NCBI GenBank assembly: GCA_958009085.1
Contig: OY253682.1
Location: forward strand, 372,001 to 436,000
Length of the DNA: 64,000 nt
DNA from: Protoeuglena noctilucae
Lineage: Eukaryota
Direction: 5' to 3'
Below the pieces are notes generated by a model, which saw only the letters and a list, made by a program, of their open reading frames with translations, did no database searches and was not told where the DNA came from. A program made the position numbers and the translations under genes. How positions within the stretch are numbered: position 1 is the stretch's first letter; every line of letters begins with the position of its first letter. Below are positions 25,007 to 37,600 of this stretch, piece by piece.

Positions 25007-28000
25007 ATGACAATGAAGGAGCTTTTGAGCGTGGCTTCCTCGTCGCAGGGGTCCGGGGACATGCATGTCGATGCGGGGGCGGCCACAGAGGGCGTGGGCG
25101 ATGATGTCCTGCCCCAGGTGGGTAGGCTGGAAAGTCCTTGCGCCATCAACCGATGCTTGCTGTCTCGGGCCAACTCGCCGGCGACGGTGACCGCCACACT
25201 CCTCGCCCGCAGGGATGCGCCCTTGATAGCATCCGCAAGCTGATCCCGCACGTCGTCGAGAGGGCCTACGAGAAGTCGGCGTGTTCATGCAGCGCTTCGG
25301 TGGGCGACCCGTGTCAATGTCCCGATCCCGCCGCGCGATGGCCCCGTGTCTTGTCGGCAGGAGAGGACCCTGCCCGCTCCTTCACGGAGTATCTTGGCAA
25401 GGCCAACCGCACAGTCCAGGCAATCGATCATTGGCTGCTGCACGGGGCCCTCCTGACGGGCAATCGCGCCGTGGTCGCGACGCCACACGGGGCGTATATG
25501 ACCACGACGCAGCTCTACCCCCTGCGCGCCGAGGGGCAGACCATCTGCCCTGCATTTCCATGCGAGGACCTCCGGTACCCCGGGAAGTTTCTCGCGGGAC
25601 AGCAGCGGACGATGGTGCAATCAGACATCGCCCTCAGTGCGCTCGGCCATGCGATCAACAGGCGACTCCCCGGCCCCTTGCGCGCCCCAACTGGTCGCGT
25701 GTCGCAGGAAATGTGCGAATTTTACCGGCAAGATACCCCCTTTGGCGCACAGGAACACGATCTTGGGGCTCTTGGAACCGCCCCGGGGCCCAGAGGTCCT
25801 CACGCGCATGGCAGCGGCAGGTGAGCGGTGGCGCGAGCGCAGCTAGCATCTCTGAAGATGTGGCGTTGTATCTGGTGCACAATGCATGGCATGTTTGCGC
25901 CTGAGGCTCGTCTGGTAATCACCATCTGCTGGCATGCACGTAGGCCGTGACGGGATCGACTTCAGGCGCTACACGTGTTTCCACACGGTCACGTTCCCGT
26001 TCGGCGCCTTCATCTTCCGCAAGCCTTACGCGACAGGTGACAGTCTCGCGCGCTCGGGCGCCGGTGCTGGTCGCTGCTGGCCGGCTGCATGCGACGCACC
26101 GTTGCATTGCGTTTGCAGAGGAGAAAAAGTCCAGGGTCACGCGGGACGGGAGCGAGACATCCATTGAGGAATTTTATCTTCCACCAGATCACCTCTGGCT
26201 GTCGCGCCCGGATGGCACTCTGCGGGAATTTGTGGTGGTCCGGGCGGACGGGGCCAAGGCCACGCTCATGTGCATCGTAGTCCACGAGGTGAGGACGCAG
26301 GGCTATGACGTGGCAGTGCGCAGCCGTCGACTCGCACCTCGGCAGTTGGGACGAACCCCTTTGCGCACTGGCCGGCCCCCATGTCCACCCACCTCCAACC
26401 GGCCAACTGCAGGTGTCGGACGGTCGCTTGAGCCCCAGCGGCATCTGCTTCGAGGCCCGCTTCAAGAAACCTGGCTGCGGCAGGGACTATGCAGCGATTG
26501 TGGTCGCCGACGTCTGCGACCCCGCGGGCCTTGTGGCGCCCCGGGGCCCGAATGCGAAGCCCAGCAAGGACCCCCGCGAGGTTTTGCTTCACCAGATGCC
26601 CCGCCAGGTGCGTGAGGGAGCACAGTGCGCGTGTGCTTGCGCCTGCCATCGCAGGGCGATCCACACGTCACGACATGCAGGCAATTAGTGTGACGGTACG
26701 CTGACTCTGCGCACCTGGCTCACCATGCGCAGGACCGCGGAAGGCCTCCGCCGGCCCTGGACGACGATGACCTCCTCGCACCCGTCACATATGGAGGGAG
26801 GCGCGCGGGTACAAGCACGACGCCACAGGCCCCTGCCGTGGTGTTGCCGGGCCCCCAGCGAGCCAGCCCGCGCCCCCACGCCGGCTACGACTCCCTCCCG
26901 CACCTGTCCGCCCTTCTGTCCGGTCAGCGTTCAAACCTCACCAGCTCGCCTTGGCGCGGCCACCCTGGGATGGACCAAAGCGCCCACGCTGCGTACCGTC
27001 AGGCTCTGTTGGCCGGAGTGCCAGGCCCGACCTACAGCGCGGCGTACGTAGACTCCGGGGCAGCCACACGACACGCGGCGTGGGGTTCGGGGCTAGGGCT
27101 TGTGCACCCTTTCCTCTTGGGGCTCCCCGGGGCGGCTGGGGTGGCTGGAGCGTACGACGGGCCGGGAGACGGAGCGTGGGGCGGTCTGCTCTCTGCTTGG
27201 GCCGGTCACGCGGATCGCTCTTTGAGACCTCGCGCAGGCCCGCCGTCCGGGGTCCCCACGGACAAGGCGTCGTCTCCCGGGTCGCCAAAGAGGTGCGACA
27301 GCGCACGGGTGGCATATCCAGCTGTGCTTTGCTTGCACTGCTTAGTCACAACATCAAGCTGCCAGGCTGAAAGACTTGTGACCGGTAGCCTCTCGCTGGC
27401 TCATCTCGCTCCCCGCCGCGCCTCTCGCAGCAGCGCCGCCACCCCTGAGATGGACGAGGAGCGCCCACGGGGTGGCAAGTCGATGCGAGGCTCGTCGGCA
27501 TCCGGTGCACCCGCGGCAGCCATCCGCACTGGAGATCATTCCCGTGGGGAGGCTGGCCCGGTGGTGTGCGCCAGCGAGCCTGGGTCCCGCGCTCTGCCGA
27601 CATCTGGCAAGCAGCTGCCGACGCTCGGGGCAGGCACCGGGTCAGGGGCAGCTGGGCAGGGGAACGTCTCGGGTGAACGAGGGCAGAGGACGTTGCTGTC
27701 CGGTAGGCCTGGGGTGGTGGGATGGGGAGCGTGGAAGGAGCGCAAGGGTTCCGCGCCTGACTGGGCCGGCCCGCCCAGGCCGATGGAGGGCGCCTCGGGC
27801 CTTGATAGGTGAGGAGCACGGGTGCCGCGGTCTGCCCTGCGACCGAAGGTGCATGAATGATGACGAGTGACGATGACGAGCGAGTATCTCTCGGCCCCGA
27901 ATGCAGCACGCACATTGTGGCGGGTGCGCCTGGGGCCAGTGCCCGCCGGCATTCGCATGCAACCCGAGGTGCAGAGGGGGCATGGAGATCCCCTGGTGCT

Positions 28001-28942
28001 CCGGCCGAGACGGTGAGTCGAAGCAAACCGCTCATGACTCATCATGGCGGCATCAACAAAAGCCCCACTCGCAGCTTGCGAGCTCGCCGTGACCATGGCG
28101 TGCGTTTGCATCTGCCCGCAGAAGCGGCAGGGCAAGCGCCGGGCAGAGGACCACCCCGTCGCATCAGAACCTCTCTCAGAGCCCGGGTCGGCGCGCACGG
28201 TCATGACGGCGCCACCGAGCCGGCCCCTGAGCGCCCCCTGGCCCGGGGCCTTCCCACACGAGCCCCCCGCGAACCCAGCAGCGCGTGCCGACGGCGGGGG
28301 TCTCTCAGACGGTGGCCACGGGGGTTTACTTGGGCATGCCCATGTGCAGGGGCCCTCGAGAGCGTTCGGGCCCTACAGTCCCCTGAGCAGCGCCATGACC
28401 CCAGGGGTTTCCCCAAAACTCTCAGCAGTGCTCTCGCGGCATTCCATGACCGGTCGGCCGCTCTGGGCTGGTGCACCAGTGCCTTGGGAGGGCAGTAGCA
28501 CTGCCGGGACCGGCCCTGCCGTTGGCCCGGTGCCGATTGGCCCCGTCGGTGCACTCGGCGCTGGGCCTGCGTCCCTGGGGCTCAGCTGGCCATGGTATGC
28601 GCGCACCCCACAGACACACGAGGGTCCCTACGTCATGGCAGGGCACCCCTCGTTGCCGGTGCAGGCGCCCGCCCACGGCGCCATGGGACGAGCTGCCGTG
28701 GGAGCGCCGCCTCCATGGCCTGCCGACGGTGAGTGGGCTGAAGGCATGGCACACTTTAAGCCCTGGCAGATGAGGGTACGGCAGTCGGGGGTCTCACTGT
28801 CGTATAAGTTATCAAGACAGAGTTCGTGGCGGTGTCTGACCACTGCTTGTTGTGCACCGCAGGGGACCAGGAGGCGCTGACGGCGTGGGCGAGGCGCGTG
28901 ATGGCCAGCCACCCCAGCCTCCATCGCCCGGGGTGGGGCTGA
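25007..28942 (+). CDS. Hypothetical multi-exon protein: globular-looking N-half, Pro/Gly/Ala-rich C-half
   Basis: Series of GT-AG bounded exons; the junctions I traced are phase-consistent (e.g. ...MAAAG|RDGIDFRRYTCFHTVTFPFGAFIFRKPYAT|EEKKSR...IVVHE|VSDGRLSPSGICFEARFKK...). Last exon ends ...HRPGWG TGA 28940-28942. No family recognised. Confidence 0.55.
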
Positions 28943-29833
28943 TCCTCGCTCACCGGCGCACCGGTGGCCAGGCACCCAGCGCAGGGCTGATCGAGTGCCC
29001 GGGTGCCCTTCTCTGTTCTTCAGTTCCTCGAGAACCCACCTCTTCTCCTCTAGCAGGGTTCCGCTTCTCAGTGGCCGGGAGGCCCTCCTTTGCTGCGGCC
29101 CCAGTCCAGTACCTGACCGCACATGCGTTCACCTCCGTGTGCGGCCCTCCCTCTGTTCTCCTCCTTTTAGCTGCCCTTTCTTACGATCAGGGTTGGCACT
29201 CCGACGACGCTGGCGTGACTGGACCCTACCCTTACCCGGTCAGTCCCGCCAGTGCGTCTCTGTGCCTATGCCACCCTGCTGCTCAGCCAGGCTCAGTCCC
29301 GCCAGTGCGTTTCTGTGCCTCTATGCCGCCAACTGGACGCTCTTCTGTTCTCGGCCTAAGCCCTAGTAGTGTCCCGGATCTTTGTCTGTAGCTGGCGCGT
29401 GGATTGCGACTCGCTGGCCCGCACGAGACCTTTCCAGTGCATCGCCGCTCCTCTGGGCAGCCTGGGTACCCGTCCAGCTCATCTCCGCAGGTTGCCAACT
29501 CTCTCGGAGTTGGCAGCCGCTTCGGTTGCCAGCCACCGCCAAGAGAGGTGGTTGGCTAGTTCTGCTCGCGTCGTCTTAGGCTTTCTCGCTGCTGTTCCAG
29601 GCCGTCGGTTCCGTCTCTGTGCCACGAGATGCAGGGCGCACACGCGCATTGCCTGTGCAGCAGTGCACTCCCGCTGCGATTTATCAGACTTCCCATGCCT
29701 CAACCATGCGTCCATCATGCCCCGGGCACAGCTCGGTTGCCGAGGTTTTCGCATGGTTGTGCACCTTGCGCCGCTTGCTGTGAAGGAGCAAACTCAGCAG
29801 CATGTCGTCGCGCTGTTCAAATCCCCGCGAGTC

Positions 29834-31318
29834 TCAGGCCATGTAGCCATCCCTGGAGGGCAGCCAGTAATAACGCCCCCCGGCTTTCAGGGACCCACGG
29901 TAACCCAGCTGCCAGTAAGGTCGCTCCCCCGGCACGTCAATGCCAAAAGCAGGCTGTGCACCGTACCCCAGGCACGCCACCTGCAGCAGGACATAAGCTG
30001 TCAGGCCCCACACGGGCTGCGGCAGGTCCCCGTACTGGAAGCTGTGGATGCGGATGCGCAGGCCAGCCCGTCGCCCATCCCCCCGCCGCCGCTTGGCCGG
30101 CGGGGCGTCGCCAGCCACTCCCGCCTCGCTACCCGACACACTGGCATCGTGCGCGCTGCCAGATTCTGGAGCGTCGGGGTCCTCCTCGAGGTACCGCACA
30201 TCCCGCGACTGGTGCGCGGACGCAGGGGGCCTGGAAGCACAGAACAGGGCGTGTATGGGTCATGCTACCACGCTATCACACACGAGCAGGGTGCCAAAAT
30301 CGATATGCTGGCGGTTATCTTTGTGCAGCACACTCGCCTGACGAACATGGACAGGGGGCACGAGAAAACCTCTTCGACCTCGGCCGTGGACGGCCGCACC
30401 TCGAACGCCGCCGTGGGCTCTTCGTCCAGTGCAGAGAGGCCCGCATCTGAGCCTCGCTCTTGGAGTCTCGAGGGAGGTTTGGAGAGGTCTGGGCGGTCGT
30501 TGTCAGAGCCCTGCGCGGGGCCCGGCCTCAGCCCGACCACCGCGTCCGCGCAGCGTAAGAGGGCGACCACGGGCGTGACTGACAGGCAGTGCTTGCTAAG
30601 GACGGGCGGCAGGCACCCCAGGACTTCCACAGAGTCCGGAGGTAGGCCGACCTCCTCAAACGCCTCTCTCTGTGACGGTGAGAACCGAAAGGCGACGCTC
30701 ACCACCGGCTGTGGCCGTGAGGGGCTTCATGCACGGGACTGTCGGGAAACAGAACGCGCACTCTTGCTTGCCTTGGCTGCGCTGGCGTCATCTGCGTCTC
30801 CCGGGTCCCGCTTCCCGCCGGGGAGCGCGCACTCCCCCGGATGAGACTTCAGCGCGCTGGAGCGCCGCGTGAGCAACACCCGCGCGCCGCCATCCGTGCC
30901 GCGAAGGAGGAGGACCAGGACCGCAGCGCGGCGATCCGCCACAGAATCAGGGTCTCCGCCTGCGTAACGCACATCATTTCTCGGCGACAGCCGGCCTGGG
31001 CGAGGCAGCGAGCGAGCATTCCACTCAGTCACCTCGGTCTTTCAGCTCTCGCCGCAACCTCGCGGCCACGGCGCCGTAAGGCTCCCTCGCGTCCAGCTCC
31101 TTCGCTTCGGGGGAGGCCACGAACCCGCCCGCGTCACCTGAGCGCACAGCAGTGAGCGCGGCGACGCGTCGCGCTAGCGAGGCGAACGACTCGAGACTGC
31201 AGGGGTGTCGAGGGCCTAGGCAGGGTCGTTGCTCCCGCAACAGTCCAGCAGTCCGTGGCGAGCGAAGAGCTGGGGCGCAGACGCACCGAGGACAGCTTGA
31301 AGCGGCGCAGCGGAGCAT
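29834..31318 (-). CDS. Nudix hydrolase, CoA diphosphatase type (NUDT7/plant NUDX11/15-like)
   Basis: RAAVLV..L, LLTRRSSALKSHPGECALPGG (NuCoA motif) spliced to AAK|REAFEEVG (Nudix box), EVEEVFSCPL and VWGLTA. Two GC-AG introns. Confidence 0.9.
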
Positions 31319-31677
31319 AGGGACACGTGCAGCGTGTTCGAGACAAATCCGCGTCGCGCTGGAGCGTCCATTGGCCTGCGTAGAGTTATGTGCATCGATC
31401 AGACTGCCGTGGCAATCCTGATCGCAACAGAGATAGAACAGTCCTGGGAACGGCGACCCCTACTCGCAATCTTGCCGCAAAACCGCGTGCGTCTGGTCTT
31501 GCTTTTCCCAGTCGTGACGCGTCCTGACAAAATCTGTGGGCCATGGGCCGGGCCCTGGTGCGTCAGAGTTTGATGTGCGCTTGCGCGTTTCGGGTTGCCA
31601 GAGCTGCGGCCCATTGCATCGCTTCTCCAGGCCCACACCGCGAGCACTTGTGTGGGACTGGGCGCTCGCCTGCCATC

Positions 31678-32431
31678 ATGCCGCGCGTGGACTTGGCCTC
31701 CCTCCCGTACGATGTGATGCTTGAAATCATCCGTGCCCTGGGCAAGGACATCGACACGATAGGCGAGAAGCACAGCCACGCAAGCTAGCGTCGCGGGTTT
31801 CAGACTGCGCCACGAGACGCCCCACCTTCGTGTCCCTCGACCCCAGTGTCGCTCGTGGTCACTTGCAAGGCCTGGGGGGACCTCTCGAGGACGCCTGCGT
31901 TCTGGGCGACGGTGCTGTCGTCGTTCGGGTTCGACGCCCCGCGAGTCATTGCGATGGAGCCGCAGAGGGCGAGGGAGGAGGCGCACAAGTTCTTCTGCGA
32001 GCGCTGCTACGTGTGCTTTGAGAGGCGCGTACATGCGAGATGCTTTTCGGCCTCAGTGACTGCCCACGAGCGTTGCTAGCCCGCTACCCAGACCCAGCTA
32101 GACCTTTGAGGGCTGCTCTGCTCTGCTTCGCAGGACGCCCGAGCGCGTGGTGACCATCCGAGAACTCATGGTGCGCCTGTGCCGCGGATGCCGAGACGAG
32201 ATTGCGGAGATCAAGGACCTTCGCCTCGTCAGCACGAACGAAGCCATGTCGCGGCACCGGTTGCGGAAGGAGCACTTGGCCGACCTCCCCTACGCCGTCA
32301 CCTCCAACCCGATCAATCCGTCGTGGGATCCAATGAGGGTGTATCGCCGCAGGGACGTCGTGGCCCGGAAGTGGGAGGTGCAGGGCGAGTTGATCGGCGC
32401 AACTCGCAAGGGCCGCCGGAAGGGTCGTTGA
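31678..32431 (+). CDS. F-box protein with XPA-like C4 zinc finger and XPA_C-like domain
   Basis: Exons 31678-31762, 31847-32024 and 32134-32431. F-box: LASLPYDVMLEIIRALG...VSLVVTCKAW...FW. Zinc finger: CYVC-x18-CRGC. XPA_C-like: LVSTNEAMSRHRL...NPINPSWDPMRVY...VVARKWEVQG. Confidence 0.75.
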
Positions 32432-32448
32432 CACACAACTATGTTGTT

Positions 32449-33921
32449 TCACTCGTCTTTTAGCGTCGGCCCTTCTAATGCTGGCGGCAGTGCGCTGATC
32501 CGGGGCACGAGCAGCCAGCTCCACCACCCGCCAGGCCCAAACACGGCGCGCAGGTTGGCACGCGCCTCTGCGTGAGGCACCCCTGAGCCGCAGTAGCCCC
32601 CCCGGTTGCAGTTGAATGGACAGCACTCCTCCTCCGCGTCGCCCTGTGCGCGCGGTCACCCCCATAGGCATCGCCTGCGCTTGGGCCAGGGCGAGCTGGT
32701 GCGCGGCTGACGTCGCAATGCTCGCTCACCTGGAGGTTTGAGATGAGGGAGGTGCCGCGGATGGCGAGGCTGAGGGTGCTGAGGCCGAGGCTCAGGAGCA
32801 TGCCGGAGAGGACGATGCCGAACACGCCGCCCAAGATGGCCATCATGCCCCACGCGCTGAGCACGACCCCGATGTGCGTCGGGACGACGAACAGCATCCG
32901 CGCCACGGCGGCCGCGAACCCGGACGGCCCGGGGCCGTGGCCGAGGTGTACGAACGCGGAGCTGCGACCATACTGGGCTCGGAATGTGCGGGCCAGGCTG
33001 TGTTGGGACAGGCTGTCGACCGCCCCCCAGGGGTCTGTGGCCAGGGCCGCCAGGCAGACCGCTCCCGACCAGCCCGTGCCAACAGCGGCCCAGAACACGA
33101 AGAGTAGGAAGGGCCGCATGGTCTTGGACCCGACGCAGTTGGCGACAAACGGACAGTGGTGGTCCATACCCCTGACGCAGTGCCCGCACGAGCTGCAGTG
33201 GTGCGCGTCCGGGGGCTTGAAGAAGCGGCACTTGCTGCAGTACCGGTAGCCGGCGTAGTGGCCGCTGGGGACGGCTGCGGGGTCGCGCCAGCCGAGCAGG
33301 ACGGCCGGGGAGGGCTGCACGGTGGCGGGCCTCGTGAAGATGGACACGAGGTAGTGAAGCGTGATGTTGACGGAGAGGTACAGGCACCACGCGGAGTGCA
33401 GGCGCGCGAGCGTCGGGTGGCCTGTGAGGAAATGCTGCTCCACCAGCGTCGCGGCCGCGTGGGTCAGCCACGCGATGAGCGCGAAGACGATGGGCACGAG
33501 CACGTAGCCGACACCCGCCCACAAGAAGCCGCGCCACGTCCGGAAGCGCTGCGGGCGCCAGGATGCGAGAGTTCAAGTGCGGAGGCTTCCCTAGAGCGAG
33601 TCGAGGGAGCGCGACAGTGCGCAGCCCACCTGGGGGCGCGCATCCGGGGACCCCGGCTGCGGCGATGGAGTCTCCCCGTACGCTCCGCAGTGTCCGCAGG
33701 CGTATTGCCGGGGAGGCTCTCCGCTGCGCGGCAAAGAGGGAGGGCGCGGGGGCAGGGCGTTGCAATGCCCACGTCCTCCCCTCGAGACATACCATCGATG
33801 ATCTCCACGCGCCTCCATACCTGCTAGTTGCAGGGAACTCGATCTCGGTGCAGCACGCCCAGCATCGCACGCGGACGGGCAGGGCGTCGCGCGGCCCTGC
33901 CTCTGCACCCTCCCCTCCCAT
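32449..33921 (-). CDS. DHHC protein S-acyltransferase with N-terminal CxxC...CxxC motif (plant PAT11-like)
   Basis: CSKCRFFKPPDAHHCSSCGHCVRGMDHHCPFVANCVG; multiple TM segments; N-terminal CWAC...CGHC; C-terminal PFN...NLRAVFG...WLLVP; TGA at 32451-32449. Confidence 0.92.
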
Positions 33922-34631
33922 CCCTGGAGGCTACGATTCAGGCATGCGCCTAGCCAGCTCGGCCTTCGCAAGGTCCACGTGCACAGGCGGCCCCACGATT
34001 CCGCGATCTCCTAGGGGGAGTGTTCTGTCTGGGAAAAAGGAGATCCCAGCTCTGAGGCGTCGAAAAGGTCCCCCGCCTGCCTGACGTCCTCACGACACCG
34101 CTGGAGGAGCTGTCGGCGTCTGCCAATTACTTGGAATACGTCGTTCTCCGGGCGGGTTTCCCAGGCGCGGGCGTCGCCCATGCAGAGAGAAGCCCAACCC
34201 TGAGGCTGCACAGGCTGAGATGATTGACAAAGCGCCACTTTGTTGACCACAAGGTCGTGACAATCCCGCCGCTTTCCAATCGCGCGCGAGCTTGCCGCAG
34301 GAATGGCCGGTCAGGCGCGTTTCTGTGCCAGCCTCCGTCCGGCGGCGTTGCAGTGGCCCAACCCGCGATCCCGTGCAGCGAGACTACGCAGACGGCCATC
34401 TGTCGTGCAATTATAGCCCACTGGTGCCTCCTTGTCGGAGATTTCTGAGCTGGACCTCTCACGCGGGCAATAGCTCGCAATCGGGAGAGACATCCTGATA
34501 ATTAGATATAATATATCTGCGGGGCCGCTGAGCGATCCTCCTGACGTCGCCACCGACGGCAAGGCGGCAAAAACGTGCGCCTCTCCCCTGCGGGCCCGCT
34601 CTGGCCGTGCCCTGGCAAGGCGGTGGTCCAG

Positions 34632-37600
34632 ATGGCAGCGCTGGACGACGGGTCCGAGAGCGCCCTACTGCTCTCGGACGCGCTGGACCCCGGCGAGGTG
34701 GGGCGCGGCTGTGGGAGGGGACGCGCCCGCGGCCGAGCGCGAATGGCCCCTTGCTGCCGCCAGCCAGTATGTGTGGACTCTTTTGCAATGGATCCCGGCG
34801 CTGGCGCGGAAGCACGGTCGCGGTCGGAGGAGGTTTTGGGGCCACGATTTGGGGCACGCGAGGGCCTTGCTGATCGACGGCCCAGACCGCCGATGGCTGC
34901 GGTCTGACGCTGTCAGCGCCGTACGTGTACCTCTGTGATGTCGCCGCTGCGGTCCGGGCGCCCTCGGCGCCTGCCGCGGGGCTGCTCAGTTGCATCTGAG
35001 GGCGTAGATCAGTGCGGAAGGGGACCCCTCCGATGCGGCGCAGGGACAGCCCGGCGAGCGAGACGATGCTTCAGACGAAGCGGAGGACGAGATCGTTGAC
35101 GAAGAGGTGGATCCGGCCTACATCCCGACGGAGGAGGAGATCGCGCAGTATGCGGCCTGGCTAGGGTGAGGGTGGCTGCACAAGGGATCCTCCGCGCGCG
35201 GCCCGGCGCGTCGCGGGCCGAGGCGGAGGGATTTAGATACTAACTCGCTGCGTATGGGAAGGCCCGCATCGCGCTATACGCGTCGCCCGGGGCGCAGCGG
35301 TCGCGCAAAGTGACGGGGCCGGCCCCAGCGGCGATAGGCGGAGAGCGCCGCGCATCCCGGGGCCCGCCCGCGCCCCCCGCAGTCTCGACCTCTCTGCGGA
35401 CCCGGAGCTGCGGTGGTTGCCCATCATGGGCCTCACGGCCAACCTCTTGCCGGGGTGGAAGGCGGTGCGCAAAGCGGGGTCGCCCGACCAGGTCTATTAC
35501 TGGCGGGAGGAGGACAACACGTCCACCTGGGAGCACCCTACCGACGAGGTGCGCCGCACAGGCTCCCACATGGCCCAGTCACACGCAGTAACCAGGACGC
35601 GAGGCATGCGTGTTGTGCCGCCCCAATGGGTCCCCAGCAGCGTCCTCCCGCCGCCCGCGCCCGCAGTTCGTGAAGCGCCTCTTCGCGTCCGAGTCCGCGC
35701 GGCTGTCCTCTCTGCGGGCGGCCCGCAAGCCTTACACGGTGCCTGCAGAGCACGCCGATGTCTGTGCCAAGGACCCGTCGGGCTTGGCGCAGCGGTACCT
35801 GCCATCGGCGGGAGCCGCGGACAGGCAGGGGGCGGCGCCCCGGGCGTCGGGGGGGCCCGCGGCGGACGGGGGCAGCCGCGGCAAGCCGGTGCCCGAAACG
35901 CGGGGCCGCGGGGGTGCCCAGAGCGACGAGTCCGACGGTTGGGACTCCAATTCCGACGACGCGCCGGCCGCCAAGGCTCCCGCGAGGGTGGCGAGGGCGG
36001 GAGCAGGGAGCAGCAGCGCCCGGGCGGACGCGGCAGGGGGGCAAGCGCGGCCGGTGGCAGCGCCTGCTGCTGCAGCGGGGTCTGCGAGGGGCGGCCCGGT
36101 TTCCTCGACCGCCCCCGCGCCCGTCGCGGTGACGCTGGCCCGGTCGGCGAGCGGCCGGGGCGCCGCGGTGGCGGACGGCGTGGCGGAGGCGGCCACAGAG
36201 TCGGACAGAGCGGAGATAATGCGTCAACTGAAGGAGGAGATTCGGTGAGCGCATGGCGGCACGGCGTGAGCTGCAAAGGCGCGTGCCGTGGCAACCTGTC
36301 GTGGGCCTGGCGTGGGTGCGCGAGAGTCGGGTGACGTTCCAATGTGCGAACCCCTCTTTCCTGCAGGGCAGAGGAAATAGCGAAGCTGGAGGCCTATCGC
36401 CAGTTCCAGCTGCGCGAGTTGGAAGGCGAGCGGGCGCGCACGGAGGCGGAGCTGGCACGGCTGCGCGAGGAGCTGGCGCGGGAGATGGAGGGCGAGCACC
36501 AGGCGATTGTGGCCGAGCACGAGGAGGGACTGGAGAAGATGATCGAGGCGCTCGGGGAGGAGGCCATGGTGAAGGAGCAGGAGGCGCGGGAACGGCACGC
36601 GCAGCGGCTGCAAGAGCTGGGCCCGGAGGCGAGGGCGATGGCTGACAAGGCCGAGGAGGCGGAGAGGGTGGCGCAAGAGGCGCAGAAGCGGGCGGCAGAC
36701 GCGGAGGCGGCACGCGCTGCTGTTGAGGCGCGAGCGAGCGAGCTCCGGGAGCAGGGTGCGTCGGGGAGCGCGTGGGGCAGTGCTTGCGACGAGCGGAGGG
36801 GCTGCCGCGCACGCCCGGGCCCTTTGCCTGTCGTGGGCACTGCGGAACAACTGTTACCTGTGCTTCGACATGTTGACTCGCCTGCTAGTGAGAAACTTTC
36901 GTCCATGCCCATTGCCCGCCTGCTGAGCGTCCCGTGCGCCGTGGTTGCAGAGGCATCGCTGACACGCGAGTGTGCCGACTTGGAGGCGCGCATGCGCGAC
37001 CTGTCGCGGACGGCTGAGGAGCGACGCAAAGCGCTGGAAGACCAGAGCGACAGGGACTTGCAGGTAGGCGGCATGAGCGGCTCTTCAAGGCTTAGCGCTG
37101 CGGCGGTGTGGCCATGTGGTGGCCGCAACCCACCCACGCCTCTGGTACCTCGTGCAGCTTCCGGCGGGTCCAATGACACGATATCTTATCAATTCCTCGC
37201 AGCGTTTCGAGGACGAGCTGCGGGACAAGGAGCGCCGCGCCAGGGCACAGGCTCAGGAGGCGCACGACAGGGCACTGCGGGCGGTGCAAGCCGAGGCAGA
37301 GGAGAGGCTCCTGCGAGAAAAGCGGGCCGCGGAGGAGGAAGCCGACACGGTGAGGGGCTGTGAAAGGAGGCCATTGGATGGTCTGACGACGCTGGGTGTT
37401 CTTGCGAGGCAGTGTGCAGGGTGATGGGCCGGAAGTTGCATGGGCTGGTGCGGGGGCGATGTGAGGGGTACTGGTAGTGAGAGAGAGAGCGAACGTGCAT
37501 GAGAATACGACAGGAGTGTCGATGGTAGTACCTCTCGTCATGACTGCTGTGTGCGCGAGTGCGCGACCGCAACGCCCCGTGCCCTCTCCACCCCACAGCG

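Noticed and set aside
29369..30844. 491-aa plus-strand ORF
   Set aside because: Antisense shadow of the Nudix gene; no recognisable domain.
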